Source: Boseongicola sp. (lineage in GTDB: Bacteria; Pseudomonadota; Alphaproteobacteria; Rhodobacterales; Rhodobacteraceae). Taken from it: a stretch of DNA of 60,903 bases. A program made the translations under genes and the position numbers. The number at the start of each line of letters is the position of its first letter. Position 1 is the stretch's first letter. The DNA is taken from the NCBI GenBank assembly GCA_051009475.1, contig JBPCWO010000242.1:1-60903 (forward strand). Direction: 5' to 3'. Shown here in pieces: positions 26,227-35,334 of this stretch. The notes under the pieces were generated by a model. It saw only the letters and a list, made by a program, of their open reading frames with translations, had not been told where the DNA came from and searched no databases.

Positions 26227-27245
26227 AGCTGTCGACCCGAGATGCGACTTCGTATTTTGCCAAACCGGATCCGGCAAAAACCGGGCTTTTGATCTATGGG
26301 GCAGACGCGATGCGAGTCGCTTTGCGGCGGCAAGAGGTGATCAAGGCGCTGATCGGACCCGAAGGCGAGGATGAGATGCGGTTGACCCGAATTGCATCTG
26401 CTGACTTGCGAAAAGACCCGGCACTTCTTTTAGATGCAGTCAAAGCCCAAGGGTTTTTCCCCGGTCCGCGCGCCGCTTTTGTCGAAGATGCCGGCGACGG
26501 ATTGGCAGCAACCATCGGTTCCGCGCTGACGGATTGGAAAGACGGCGACGCTCAGATTATCGTGACTGCCGGACAGCTAAATGCACGATCCAAACTTAGA
26601 AAACAATTTGAAGAGCATTCAAATGCCTACGCCACCGGTATTTATGACGATCCACCCAGCCGAGACGAAATCGAGCGGGCGCTTGGCAATGCCGGGCTTA
26701 CTGACATTTCAAACGATGCAATGGCGGCACTGATTGAATTGTCACGGGTGCTTGATCCAGGGGACTATCGTCAAACGCTTGAAAAGATTTCGCTTTATAA
26801 GATGAACGACACCTCACCGCTCACCGCTGAAGAAGTGGAAGTTAGCGCCCCGCAATCCATTGAAGCGGGAATTGACGACGTTCTGAACGTTGCGGCTGAC
26901 GGCGACGCCCACCGGATATCGCCAGTTCTTCGACGGCTGGAGGCGCAAGGCGTCGGCGCTGTTGGGCTTTGCATCGGCGCGACGCGACATTTTCGAGCGC
27001 TCCACACGATTGCGGCCGACCCGGGTGGGCCCGGCGCAGGCATTGGCAAGCTTCGGCCGCCAGTATTCGGACCCCGCCGCGACCGCATTCAAAGGCAAGC
27101 AAGTTCGTGGGGCATGGTGAAACTTGAACGCGCGCTGGCACTTTTGCTGGACACCGACTTGACGCTTCGTTCAACTTCACGTGCGCCTGAGATGGCGCTG
27201 ATGGAACGTACATTACTGAAGATCGCCTGGATGAACCGCAAATGA
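26223..27245 (+). CDS. holA: DNA polymerase III subunit delta
   Basis: 340 aa, in the conserved leuS-lptE-holA position. ATGA overlap with lptE. The N-terminal LLIYGADAMRV pattern is typical of the delta subunit. Confidence 0.8.
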   Translation: MKLSTRDATSYFAKPDPAKTGLLIYGADAMRVALRRQEVIKALIGPEGEDEMRLTRIASADLRKDPALLLDAVKAQGFFPGPRAAFVEDAGDGLAATIGSALTDWKDGDAQIIVTAGQLNARSKLRKQFEEHSNAYATGIYDDPPSRDEIERALGNAGLTDISNDAMAALIELSRVLDPGDYRQTLEKISLYKMNDTSPLTAEEVEVSAPQSIEAGIDDVLNVAADGDAHRISPVLRRLEAQGVGAVGLCIGATRHFRALHTIAADPGGPGAGIGKLRPPVFGPRRDRIQRQASSWGMVKLERALALLLDTDLTLRSTSRAPEMALMERTLLKIAWMNRK

Positions 27246-27832
27246 GCCTGATTGTCACCGGACCCGTCCGTTCACGCACTTTTCGGGTGCTTTGGTTGCT
27301 TGAAGAACTTGAGCTTGCTTACGAGCATCGGGTTGAGATGCCTCATTCCGATGTGGTGAACGCTCTAAACACTTTGCGACAAGTGCCTATCCTTCAAGAT
27401 GGCGACGCTGTGCTGACGGACAGCCTGGCGATTTTGCATTATCTATCGGATCGCGAAGCGCGTTTTACTTACCCCGTCGCAACGCCGGAGCGCGCCCACA
27501 TGGACGCGCGTATCAATTTTGTGCTGACCGAGATCGAGGCGCCGCTATGGATGCGCGGGCGACACAGCTATGTGCTTCCTGAGGAAATGCGGCACGCGGA
27601 GATATTCCCGATGCTGGATCGGGATATCAAGATGGCCGAGAAGAAATTCGCCCGGCTTTTGGGCGATGCCGAATATCTGGCGGGCGACCAGTTCACTATT
27701 GCCGACATCGTCGCCGGTCACGTTGCAGGATGGGCGGCTGGGTTGGATTTAGTGGACAAGGGCGGACCGCTTGGAACCTACTTTGAGCGCCTGAAGACGC
27801 GCCCGGCTTGGGCTCGCGGTCGAAAGGAATAG
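27242..27832 (+). CDS. Glutathione S-transferase family protein
   Basis: N-terminal thioredoxin-like half (VPILQDGDAVLTDSLAILHYL) and a helical C-terminal half. ATGA overlap with holA. Confidence 0.8.
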   Translation: MSLIVTGPVRSRTFRVLWLLEELELAYEHRVEMPHSDVVNALNTLRQVPILQDGDAVLTDSLAILHYLSDREARFTYPVATPERAHMDARINFVLTEIEAPLWMRGRHSYVLPEEMRHAEIFPMLDRDIKMAEKKFARLLGDAEYLAGDQFTIADIVAGHVAGWAAGLDLVDKGGPLGTYFERLKTRPAWARGRKE

Positions 27833-27885
27833 CGCACAGATGCAGCGCATCGCCATTTTGTGACATTCGCGCTATCTCCTCTCGC

Positions 27886-28803
27886 ATGGGAGTGATGATC
27901 AACGGCGTTTACCACGCGAACGACCCCGGATCGGACACCACCGAGGGCGGCGAATTCAAGCGCGCGGCATCGGTCATTCGCGAATGGATCACTCTTGAGG
28001 GGCCTTACCAGCCCGATCCGGGGCGCTATCACCTATATGTCGCCTGGAACTGCCCCTGGGCGCATCGGACGTTGCTGGCAAGAGAGATTCTTGGGCTCCA
28101 GGACGCTATTTCGGTCGCTTATGCACGACCGCGACGCAGCGATCAGGGTTGGGTCTATGATGCCGAGGGCGAATACTCTGACCCAGAACTTGGCGTGCGC
28201 GCGCTGCACGAAGTCTTTGCCCATCAACAACCCAGCTATACCGGGCGATTGACGGTTCCGGTCCTTTGGGATCGAAAGACCAAACAAATCGTGTCGAATG
28301 AATCATCCGAGATCATCCGGATGTTTGCACTCTTTGGAAGTGGACCGGACCTGTACGCAACTCCGCTTCGTGGCGAAATCGACGATTGGAATGAGCGGAT
28401 CTACTCCACCTTGAACAACGGCGTCTACCGCGCCGGTTTTGCACGCACGCAAGAGGCTTATGACAATGCCGTCCGCGAAGTCTTCGCGACGCTTGACGCG
28501 ATCGAGGCGCGACTTGGTGGAAACGATTGGCTGGTGGGAGATCAATTCTCTGAGGCCGATCTCATGCTGTTCCCGACACTCGCGCGGTTCGATGTCGCCT
28601 ATCATTATGCCTTCAAATGCAACCTGCGCCGGATCGTGGATTACCCTTCACTTTGGAAGTATGCGCGCCGGATCTATGCAATGCCAGGCGTGGCTGACAC
28701 CGTGCGATTCGACATTTACAAACAGGGTTACTTTTCACCGTCCGAGCTTCGAAATCCTTTAGGAATTGTACCTCTGGGACCGGTTATCGATTGGTCGCTT
28801 TGA
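27886..28803 (+). CDS. Xi-class GST / glutathionyl-hydroquinone reductase (YqjG/ECM4-like)
   Basis: YHLYVAWNCPWAHRTLL (catalytic CPWAHR), VPVLWD and LNNGVYRAGFA. Start trimmed to ATG 27886. Confidence 0.85.
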   Translation: MGVMINGVYHANDPGSDTTEGGEFKRAASVIREWITLEGPYQPDPGRYHLYVAWNCPWAHRTLLAREILGLQDAISVAYARPRRSDQGWVYDAEGEYSDPELGVRALHEVFAHQQPSYTGRLTVPVLWDRKTKQIVSNESSEIIRMFALFGSGPDLYATPLRGEIDDWNERIYSTLNNGVYRAGFARTQEAYDNAVREVFATLDAIEARLGGNDWLVGDQFSEADLMLFPTLARFDVAYHYAFKCNLRRIVDYPSLWKYARRIYAMPGVADTVRFDIYKQGYFSPSELRNPLGIVPLGPVIDWSL

Positions 28804-28829
28804 ACCTGGACTCAAACGATTCTGCCAGT

Positions 28830-29447
28830 TTAACTGTTCGAAATCATAGATTTAATAGCAACAACGTGATCACGGCTAGCTGCCAGCGCTGGGGCGGCGA
28901 GGCTGTGTGCGGCAGCTAGCGGGTCGTCGTCGATCACGTCAACAAGACCGATGGCCAGTGCATTATCAGCCGTTATCGTGGCCCCGGCAGCCAAAACCAG
29001 TTTGGCTCTCGCCGGTCCAACAAGAGCCCGCAATCGAACAGTGTCCGAGGGCTGCGGCAAGAAACCTAACCTCATGACAGGATAGAAGACTTTGGCTTCC
29101 GGCGAGGCGATCCGGAGGTCCGCTGCCAAGACCATGCCCAGTGCCCCGCCCGCGGCCGTACCGTTCAGCGCAGCAATTGTCAGAACCGGACACGTGGCGA
29201 TGGCACCAGATAGTCTTTCCCAGACGGGATCTGTGGCGAGCCCGGTCTTGGCTGCCTCAAGATCGGCACCAGCGCTGAATACTTTTCCTGCGCCTGTAAT
29301 AATCAATGCCTGGGTTTCGATGTTGTCGGAGGCGGATTCTACAGCGTCGGCAAGAGACGATAGCATGTCACCGGTCAGCGCATTAGCTTTGCCGGGTCGG
29401 TCTATCGTCAATAGAGTCAGGCCGTCTTTGTGCCTGACGTCGATCAA
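28830..29447 (-). CDS. Enoyl-CoA hydratase/isomerase (crotonase) family protein, short form
   Basis: LTIDRPGKANAL, GKVFSAGADL and NGTAAGGALGM. TTG start overlaps the SDR stop (TTGA). Confidence 0.8.
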   Translation of the reverse strand: MIDVRHKDGLTLLTIDRPGKANALTGDMLSSLADAVESASDNIETQALIITGAGKVFSAGADLEAAKTGLATDPVWERLSGAIATCPVLTIAALNGTAAGGALGMVLAADLRIASPEAKVFYPVMRLGFLPQPSDTVRLRALVGPARAKLVLAAGATITADNALAIGLVDVIDDDPLAAAHSLAAPALAASRDHVVAIKSMISNS

Positions 29448-30196
29448 TCAACCAACCCCAGGCGGGTACGGATTTCGTCGTCTCGAAGCTTGATGTCGTC
29501 ACCGAGAAACTCATCTGCCTCTGGCCCGCACATCCACAAAAGTGCCTTCGCCGGCCAATCAGGCGGAATGTGTTCGGACCAGTCCATTTGGCTGACCGGG
29601 TTGATACCACTGGATTTGATTTGGCGCTGCATTTCAGTGGCGACTGTTCCGGGCGAAAGCCCAAGGGCGCGAATGCCCTTGTTGCGGTATTCTTTGTCGA
29701 CTGATCTGGTGAGCATCAGCGCACCGGCCTTTGAGGCGCAATAATGCGACCAGGCCTCGACCGGGCCGTAGGCTGCGCCGGACGAAATGTTCAATATTGT
29801 GCCCTGACCCCGCGCTAGCATTGCGGGTAGAACAGCACGAATACCATAGTAGACACCTTTAAGGTTGATATCGATTACATGACCCCAGGCGTTGGGGTCG
29901 GATGCTGCAATATACGCGACCGGTTCGACGACGCCAGCGTTGTTAATCAGTATATCGACTTGTCCAAAGGCGTTTTCGGCGGCGACTACTGCAGTGTGAA
30001 TTTCGGAATGGCGGCTGACATCACAGGGAATTGCAAGCGCGGCCTCGCCTATGTCGCCTGCGATCCGGGCGATTGCGTCTTGCCCTCGGGCGAGCAGAAC
30101 AACATTGGCGCCCGCATCGGCAAACGCGCGCGCCGACGCCTCGCCGATCCCTCGGCTGGCGCCCGTTATCATCACGGTTTTGCCATGAACTGACAT
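29444..30196 (-). CDS. SDR family oxidoreductase
   Basis: TGASRGIG cofactor motif, NNAG, and a S...YCASK catalytic triad. ATG 30196 follows GGAGG. Confidence 0.9.
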   Translation of the reverse strand: MSVHGKTVMITGASRGIGEASARAFADAGANVVLLARGQDAIARIAGDIGEAALAIPCDVSRHSEIHTAVVAAENAFGQVDILINNAGVVEPVAYIAASDPNAWGHVIDINLKGVYYGIRAVLPAMLARGQGTILNISSGAAYGPVEAWSHYCASKAGALMLTRSVDKEYRNKGIRALGLSPGTVATEMQRQIKSSGINPVSQMDWSEHIPPDWPAKALLWMCGPEADEFLGDDIKLRDDEIRTRLGLVD

Positions 30197-30334
30197 TCTT
30201 GCCTCCATTCTGCCATACTGCGTGCTATCACGGACACGCTTAACTGGCCTGTCGTTCTAATGACAAGCTAATCTTGACGGGCTCCGATCTCCTTTGGATG
30301 TTGGGCTCAACTCCAATTTGCACCGGGTAAAATT

Positions 30335-31831
30335 ATGAAATTATTCCGCACTTTTTCGACCGCTTCAGCTTTCACGCTTTTGGCTGCCCCGGCTCTTGCC
30401 GATCTGACAGCTGCAGAGGTTTGGGGCGACTGGCAGGGCTTGATGGCAAATTATGGCGCCGAAGTTACGACAACCGGCCAAACCAGCTCGGGCGGAACAT
30501 TGACCATAACTGGCATCGCCACAGAATTCGAAGTCCCCGATGGCTCGGTGTCTTTGATGATCGGCGACGTGTCATTTGAAGAACTCGGCGACGGTTCAGT
30601 TGCAATCCGGATGCCAGAAACCATGCCGATTTCGTTTGATGTCACAACGCCTGAGGGCGATGGCAAAGTTGGATTCACGCTGAACCAGCCTGGCGCTTCG
30701 ATGATCGCCTCGGGAGACGCTGCTTCGCTTCGGTATGATTTTGACTACCCAACATTCGCGATGGGCGAATTCACTATCGAAGGGGAAGATGTCCCCGACG
30801 ATCTTCCAATATTCATCGATTTTGCTCTGAATGATATGGCAGGATACATCAATCTTTCAGAAGGCGATGTGCGATCCTACGATACGGAATCGACCATTGC
30901 ATCCATGGTGATGGACATTTCATTTGCCGACCCCGAGGGCGAAGAGGGCGAAGGGTCGTTTAAGTTCAGCGTTGCGGACCTGGCGCAGAAAGCACAGGGC
31001 GCAATCGGCAAGATTGAAATGAACATGTCCGTTGCCGAAATGATCACCGCCGGTATGCGCCAGACCGGAACGGCCACCCATGGCACCGGCAACTATGCCG
31101 TGGAGTTCGATGGTCCGGATGGCAGTTTCAAGATGCTTGCAACCGCGACTTCTGGATCGCTGGATGCCGCGTTTGACGAAAACGGCATTTCCTATGGCGG
31201 TAAAACTAACGACGTCGCAGTAACAGTTTCTGGATCAGTAATTCCTTTGCCCGCCGTAAATCTGCGAATGGCCGAAAGTGGTGGTCGATTTACAATGCCA
31301 ATGGTTCCGGGTGAAGACCCGCAGGATTTTGCGCTTGTGATGCGCATGATCGGTCTAGAGATCGACGACTTGATCTGGGGTATGTTCGATCCGGGTGGGC
31401 AATTGCCGCGCGATCCGGCGACTTTGATCGTCGATCTCGCCGGCAAGGCAATACTGACCGAGGATTTCACAAATCCGGAGTATGCTGAGAATATGGATGC
31501 AGAAGCTCCGGGGACGTTGGAAGAAGTCAATATCAATGCGCTTCAGTTGACCATGGCAGGAGCAGAATTGACTGGAGATGGCGCGTTTACGTTCGACAAT
31601 TCTATTGGCATTCCAATGCCGGCGGGCGTTGCGAATCTGATGTTGGTTGGCGGAAACGGACTTCTCGACAAGCTGGTTGGTATGGGTCTTTTGCCGGACG
31701 AACAGGCGATGGGTGCGCGCATGATGATGGGCCTATTCGCCCGCCCCGGCGATGGTCCAGACACTCTAGTTTCGACAATTGAAGTCAAAGAAGATGGGTC
31801 AGTTCTGGCGAATGGCCAGCGGATAAAATAA
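30335..31831 (+). CDS. Secreted hypothetical protein (DUF2125-like)
   Basis: Signal peptide MKLFRTFSTASAFTLLAAPALA; acidic, Gly/Asp-rich, 498 aa. Family name is from memory only. Confidence 0.6.
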   Translation: MKLFRTFSTASAFTLLAAPALADLTAAEVWGDWQGLMANYGAEVTTTGQTSSGGTLTITGIATEFEVPDGSVSLMIGDVSFEELGDGSVAIRMPETMPISFDVTTPEGDGKVGFTLNQPGASMIASGDAASLRYDFDYPTFAMGEFTIEGEDVPDDLPIFIDFALNDMAGYINLSEGDVRSYDTESTIASMVMDISFADPEGEEGEGSFKFSVADLAQKAQGAIGKIEMNMSVAEMITAGMRQTGTATHGTGNYAVEFDGPDGSFKMLATATSGSLDAAFDENGISYGGKTNDVAVTVSGSVIPLPAVNLRMAESGGRFTMPMVPGEDPQDFALVMRMIGLEIDDLIWGMFDPGGQLPRDPATLIVDLAGKAILTEDFTNPEYAENMDAEAPGTLEEVNINALQLTMAGAELTGDGAFTFDNSIGIPMPAGVANLMLVGGNGLLDKLVGMGLLPDEQAMGARMMMGLFARPGDGPDTLVSTIEVKEDGSVLANGQRIK

Positions 31832-31854
31832 CCCTTGACCAAATAAGATTGAAT

Positions 31855-31887
31855 GCGCCGCTCGGTAGAGCGGCGTTTTTCTTTTTG
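31855..31887 (+). terminator. Rho-independent terminator
   Basis: CGCCGCTC (31856-31863) / GGTA / GAGCGGCG (31868-31875) followed by TTTTTCTTTTT. Confidence 0.85.
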
Positions 31888-31894
31888 CAAAGCT

Positions 31895-32731
31895 TCAGTC
31901 GATAAAAGTATCTGACCTTAGCCCGGCCCGCTCAAGATGGATCGGAAGCACGCGGCCGTAAAGTTGCCGGGTACGCTCGGGCGATCCGACCATATCGGGC
32001 TGCTCAACATAGGAAAAAATCGCGACGTATCGGCGTCGGTTGCCCGCTAGCGGCGCGACGCGGTGCAAAGAATTCCGGCCCCGGAAAAGCTGAAGGTCGC
32101 CAGGTTCCAACTCCAATCTGGTGATCCTCTCCGAACGCCCTTCCAAAACGCGTGCAACTTCGCCGAAATTCTCATCTTGATCCCGGATTCCTGCAGCATA
32201 TTCAAATGCTCCGCCTTCATCGGCGTTTTGAATGGCCAGAGTAACGGTGAAATTATTGGTATCGAAATGCCAGGGAAATCCACTTCCCGCCTCGGCCATG
32301 TTGACGATAACGTCCGCCAATGGATCGGCATAGCGATGAAAGTGCCGTTCTTGCAAACACGCTTGGATGAATGCGTCGAAGCCAGGTGCGTCGTGGATCG
32401 TTCGGAGCGGCCCGTTAGGCTGAAAGTTATCAGCCGGAATGAAAGCATTCGAGCGGTCAAAAAACATCCGCCGCGGGTCAGATCTGGACAGGCTGGGATC
32501 ATCTTTCGAGAAATACGCGTTTGTGCGATTGAACGACCGATGTGCGTGTTCGGCCACTCCATCTGCTTCGATCGTAAGCGCATCGACCGCGGCGCGCGTC
32601 AAAAATCCATTGAGAACCGCACACCCATCCTCTGCCAGCTTGGTGCGAACGTTTTGCAGGCAGGCGTCCAACGCCGGTCCGGGGCAGTTTATCGGATAGC
32701 GATCCAGATTGATTAGGTCGTCATAGTTCAT
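31895..32731 (-). CDS. Fe(II)/2-oxoglutarate-dependent oxygenase family protein
   Basis: Facial-triad candidates FPWHFD (H-x-D) and NSLHRV. Start trimmed to ATG 32731 (MNYDDLINLDRYP). The track's 357-aa version is an Arg-rich extension running into the divergent pmbA upstream region. Confidence 0.7.
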   Translation of the reverse strand: MNYDDLINLDRYPINCPGPALDACLQNVRTKLAEDGCAVLNGFLTRAAVDALTIEADGVAEHAHRSFNRTNAYFSKDDPSLSRSDPRRMFFDRSNAFIPADNFQPNGPLRTIHDAPGFDAFIQACLQERHFHRYADPLADVIVNMAEAGSGFPWHFDTNNFTVTLAIQNADEGGAFEYAAGIRDQDENFGEVARVLEGRSERITRLELEPGDLQLFRGRNSLHRVAPLAGNRRRYVAIFSYVEQPDMVGSPERTRQLYGRVLPIHLERAGLRSDTFID

Positions 32732-32862
32732 TCTCAAACACTGGCTCTGTGGCTTTCCTACTGTCTTGGCTGCCACCGACACTTTTAATGTCGCAAATCT
32801 TCGGCCCTTGCGGGGTTGGTCTGGGGCGACTAACTCGGGCAGGAACATGTTTCGGGAATAAA

Positions 32863-34209
32863 ATGACGGATCATCTTGCCGCGCTGACTTCTGCACTTCT
32901 CGGGGTCGCAAAAAAATCGGGGGCCGATGCAGCAGACGCCATTGCCACCGACGGCGCATCGCTTTCAATAAATGTGCTTTCGGGCAAGCTTGAGCATGCA
33001 GAACGTGCCGAAGGCGTCGAGATTGGTCTTCGAGTTCTGGTCGGCAAAAGGCAGGCGTGCGTTTCGGCCTCGGACAGCAGTCCCGAGACGATCGCAGTCG
33101 TTGCTGAAAGAGCCGTGGAAATGGCCAAGTTGGCGCCCGAGGATCCCTATATAGGGCTCGCCGATGCCAACCAACTTGCGATCAACTGGGATCTTAAATC
33201 GCTGGAGCTGTCTGAAATGGCGCCAGAACCGGATCCAGCCGAACTTCAGGAATTTGCCACTCGCGCCGAAGCAGCCGCTCTTGCGTTGGAAGGCATTACA
33301 CAAGCGGACAGTGCTGCCGCCTTTTATTCGCAAAGCTCAATACACTTGGCGGCAACCAATGGGTTTTCCGGCGGGTATCGTCGCACAGCGTACGGACTTT
33401 CGTGCGTTGCCATAACGGGCAGTGGCACGTCCATGGAGCGTGACTACTTTGGCGATAGCCGAGTTTTTCGCGATGACATGACCGATCCCGAGGAAATCGG
33501 CCGGATCGCAGGTGAGCGAACCTTAGCGCGTCGCGGAGCAAGGAAGCCACCAACCGGTTCCTTTCCTGTGCTTTATGACGAACGAGTTGCGTCTAGCCTG
33601 ATCGGACATCTGACACAGGCCGCGAATGGTATGATGGTGGCGCGTGGATCGTCCTGGTTAAGGGACAAACTTGGTCAGCAAGTTCTCCCCAAAGGCCTTT
33701 CGATCACCGAGGACCCTCACCGGCAACGGATCGGCGGTTCCCGCCCGTTTGATGCTGAGGGTTTGCCGACGCACGTAAGAAAGATAGTTGATGATGGCGT
33801 GTTGACTGGCTGGACTTTAGATCTTGCGACCGCACGCCAACTTGGCTTGGAAAGCACTGGAAATGCAACGCGTGGTACGGGGTCGCCACCGACACCGCGT
33901 ACAGGCAACATAAATTTGACCGAGGGCTCCGAAAGCCGGGACGATCTGATCCGCGGTATGGGAACGGGGATTCTTGTCACTTCGCTAATAGGCTCGTCTA
34001 TCAATCCGACAACGGGCGATTACTCGCGCGGCGCAAGCGGTTTCTGGGTGGAAAGCGGAGAAATCACCTATCCAGTGAACGAATGCACCATTGCCGGTAA
34101 CCTGCATGATATGCTGGCATCCATCCGCCCTGCGAACGATGCACGCCATCATCTTAACAGGGTAATTCCGTCGCTTTTGGTCGAAGGATTGACAATTGCC
34201 GGTGAGTGA
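32863..34209 (+). CDS. pmbA: TldD/PmbA family metalloprotease (PmbA/TldE-like)
   Basis: Typical PmbA length and C-terminal pattern (GDYSRGASGFWVESGEITYPV...TIAGN). ATG 32863. Confidence 0.8.
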   Translation: MTDHLAALTSALLGVAKKSGADAADAIATDGASLSINVLSGKLEHAERAEGVEIGLRVLVGKRQACVSASDSSPETIAVVAERAVEMAKLAPEDPYIGLADANQLAINWDLKSLELSEMAPEPDPAELQEFATRAEAAALALEGITQADSAAAFYSQSSIHLAATNGFSGGYRRTAYGLSCVAITGSGTSMERDYFGDSRVFRDDMTDPEEIGRIAGERTLARRGARKPPTGSFPVLYDERVASSLIGHLTQAANGMMVARGSSWLRDKLGQQVLPKGLSITEDPHRQRIGGSRPFDAEGLPTHVRKIVDDGVLTGWTLDLATARQLGLESTGNATRGTGSPPTPRTGNINLTEGSESRDDLIRGMGTGILVTSLIGSSINPTTGDYSRGASGFWVESGEITYPVNECTIAGNLHDMLASIRPANDARHHLNRVIPSLLVEGLTIAGE

Positions 34210-34969
34210 TCTGTCGCTTCTAACCGACGCCGCTCGTGAGGCAGGCGAAATAGCCTGCAGATTCTGGCGCGAAGACCCTCAGGTCTGGGACAAAGGCGGA
34301 GACGATCCGGTAAGCGAGGCAGATTTCGCCGTAGACACTCACCTAAAGGACCGCCTATTGAGCGCGCGCCCGGACTACGGCTGGGTAAGCGAAGAAACCG
34401 AAGACGACAGCGCCAGACTTAGCGCGGAGCGCGTCTTTATTGTGGATCCGATTGACGGCACTCGCGCATTCGTCGCGGGCGAAAAAACCTGGGCACACTC
34501 GCTAGCAATTGTTGAAGCAGGACGCACTATCGCCGCTTGCGTTTATCTTCCCGCGCGCGAGAAGATCTATCTGGCTCAAGAAGGCCACGGCGCAACCCTA
34601 AACGGCGAGGAAATTCGATCTAGCACGGCAAATGGCACAGATCATTCGACGGTCCTGACGCCACGCGTGACGATGCAGGACAGATTCTGGCGCACCGGGA
34701 CAGCCCCCGGATTTGATCGGCACTTTCGGCCATCGCTTGCTTATCGCATGTCTCTCGTCGGCGAAGGCCGGTTCGACGGAATGCTAACGCTGCGCGCAAC
34801 TTGGGAATGGGACATTGCCGCAGGTGCGTTGATCGCGTCCGAAGCAGGGGCGATCGTCACTGATCGCAAGGGTCAAGCTTTGGTTTTTAACAGCGCGGCA
34901 AGGCAAACAGCGGGAGTCGTCGCCGGTGGTGCGAATGTACATCGCGACATCATCACGGCTTTGGCTTAG
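34196..34969 (+). CDS. Inositol monophosphatase family protein (CysQ/SuhB-like)
   Basis: Motifs WVSEETED, IVDPIDGTRAF and WEWDIAAG. TTG 34196 or GTG 34202 as start. Confidence 0.85.
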   Translation: MPVSDLSLLTDAAREAGEIACRFWREDPQVWDKGGDDPVSEADFAVDTHLKDRLLSARPDYGWVSEETEDDSARLSAERVFIVDPIDGTRAFVAGEKTWAHSLAIVEAGRTIAACVYLPAREKIYLAQEGHGATLNGEEIRSSTANGTDHSTVLTPRVTMQDRFWRTGTAPGFDRHFRPSLAYRMSLVGEGRFDGMLTLRATWEWDIAAGALIASEAGAIVTDRKGQALVFNSAARQTAGVVAGGANVHRDIITALA

Positions 34970-35038
34970 GATAAATCGGCTCGACTTGACCCGACGGCGC
35001 GACCCGTTAGCTTGCCATTGACCAAATCGGAGAACCCT

Positions 35039-35284
35039 ATGACCCAACGGCTGCACCTTGTTTTTGGCGGCGAGCTTGTCGATCCAACGAAGAATGTTTT
35101 TAAAGAGGTCGACGATATCCACATAGTTGGAATTTTCCCCGATTATCAAAGCGCATACGATGCTTGGAAATCCGAGGCGCAGCGCACGGTCGATAACGCC
35201 CATATGCGCTATTTCATTGCGCATCTGCATAGACTTCGTGATGAGCAGGCGGCGGCTTCGTCGACCGAGGAGCTGGGCAACTGA
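35039..35284 (+). CDS. Small conserved protein, DUF4170-like
   Basis: MTQRLHLVFGGELVDP...VGIFPDYQSAYDAWK... ATG 35039 follows GGAG. Family name is from memory. Confidence 0.7.
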   Translation: MTQRLHLVFGGELVDPTKNVFKEVDDIHIVGIFPDYQSAYDAWKSEAQRTVDNAHMRYFIAHLHRLRDEQAAASSTEELGN

Positions 35285-35334
35285 CACGGTCAAGCCCGCG
35301 GCTGATCTCAAGGCTTTTTTATGCCGCGAACCGA

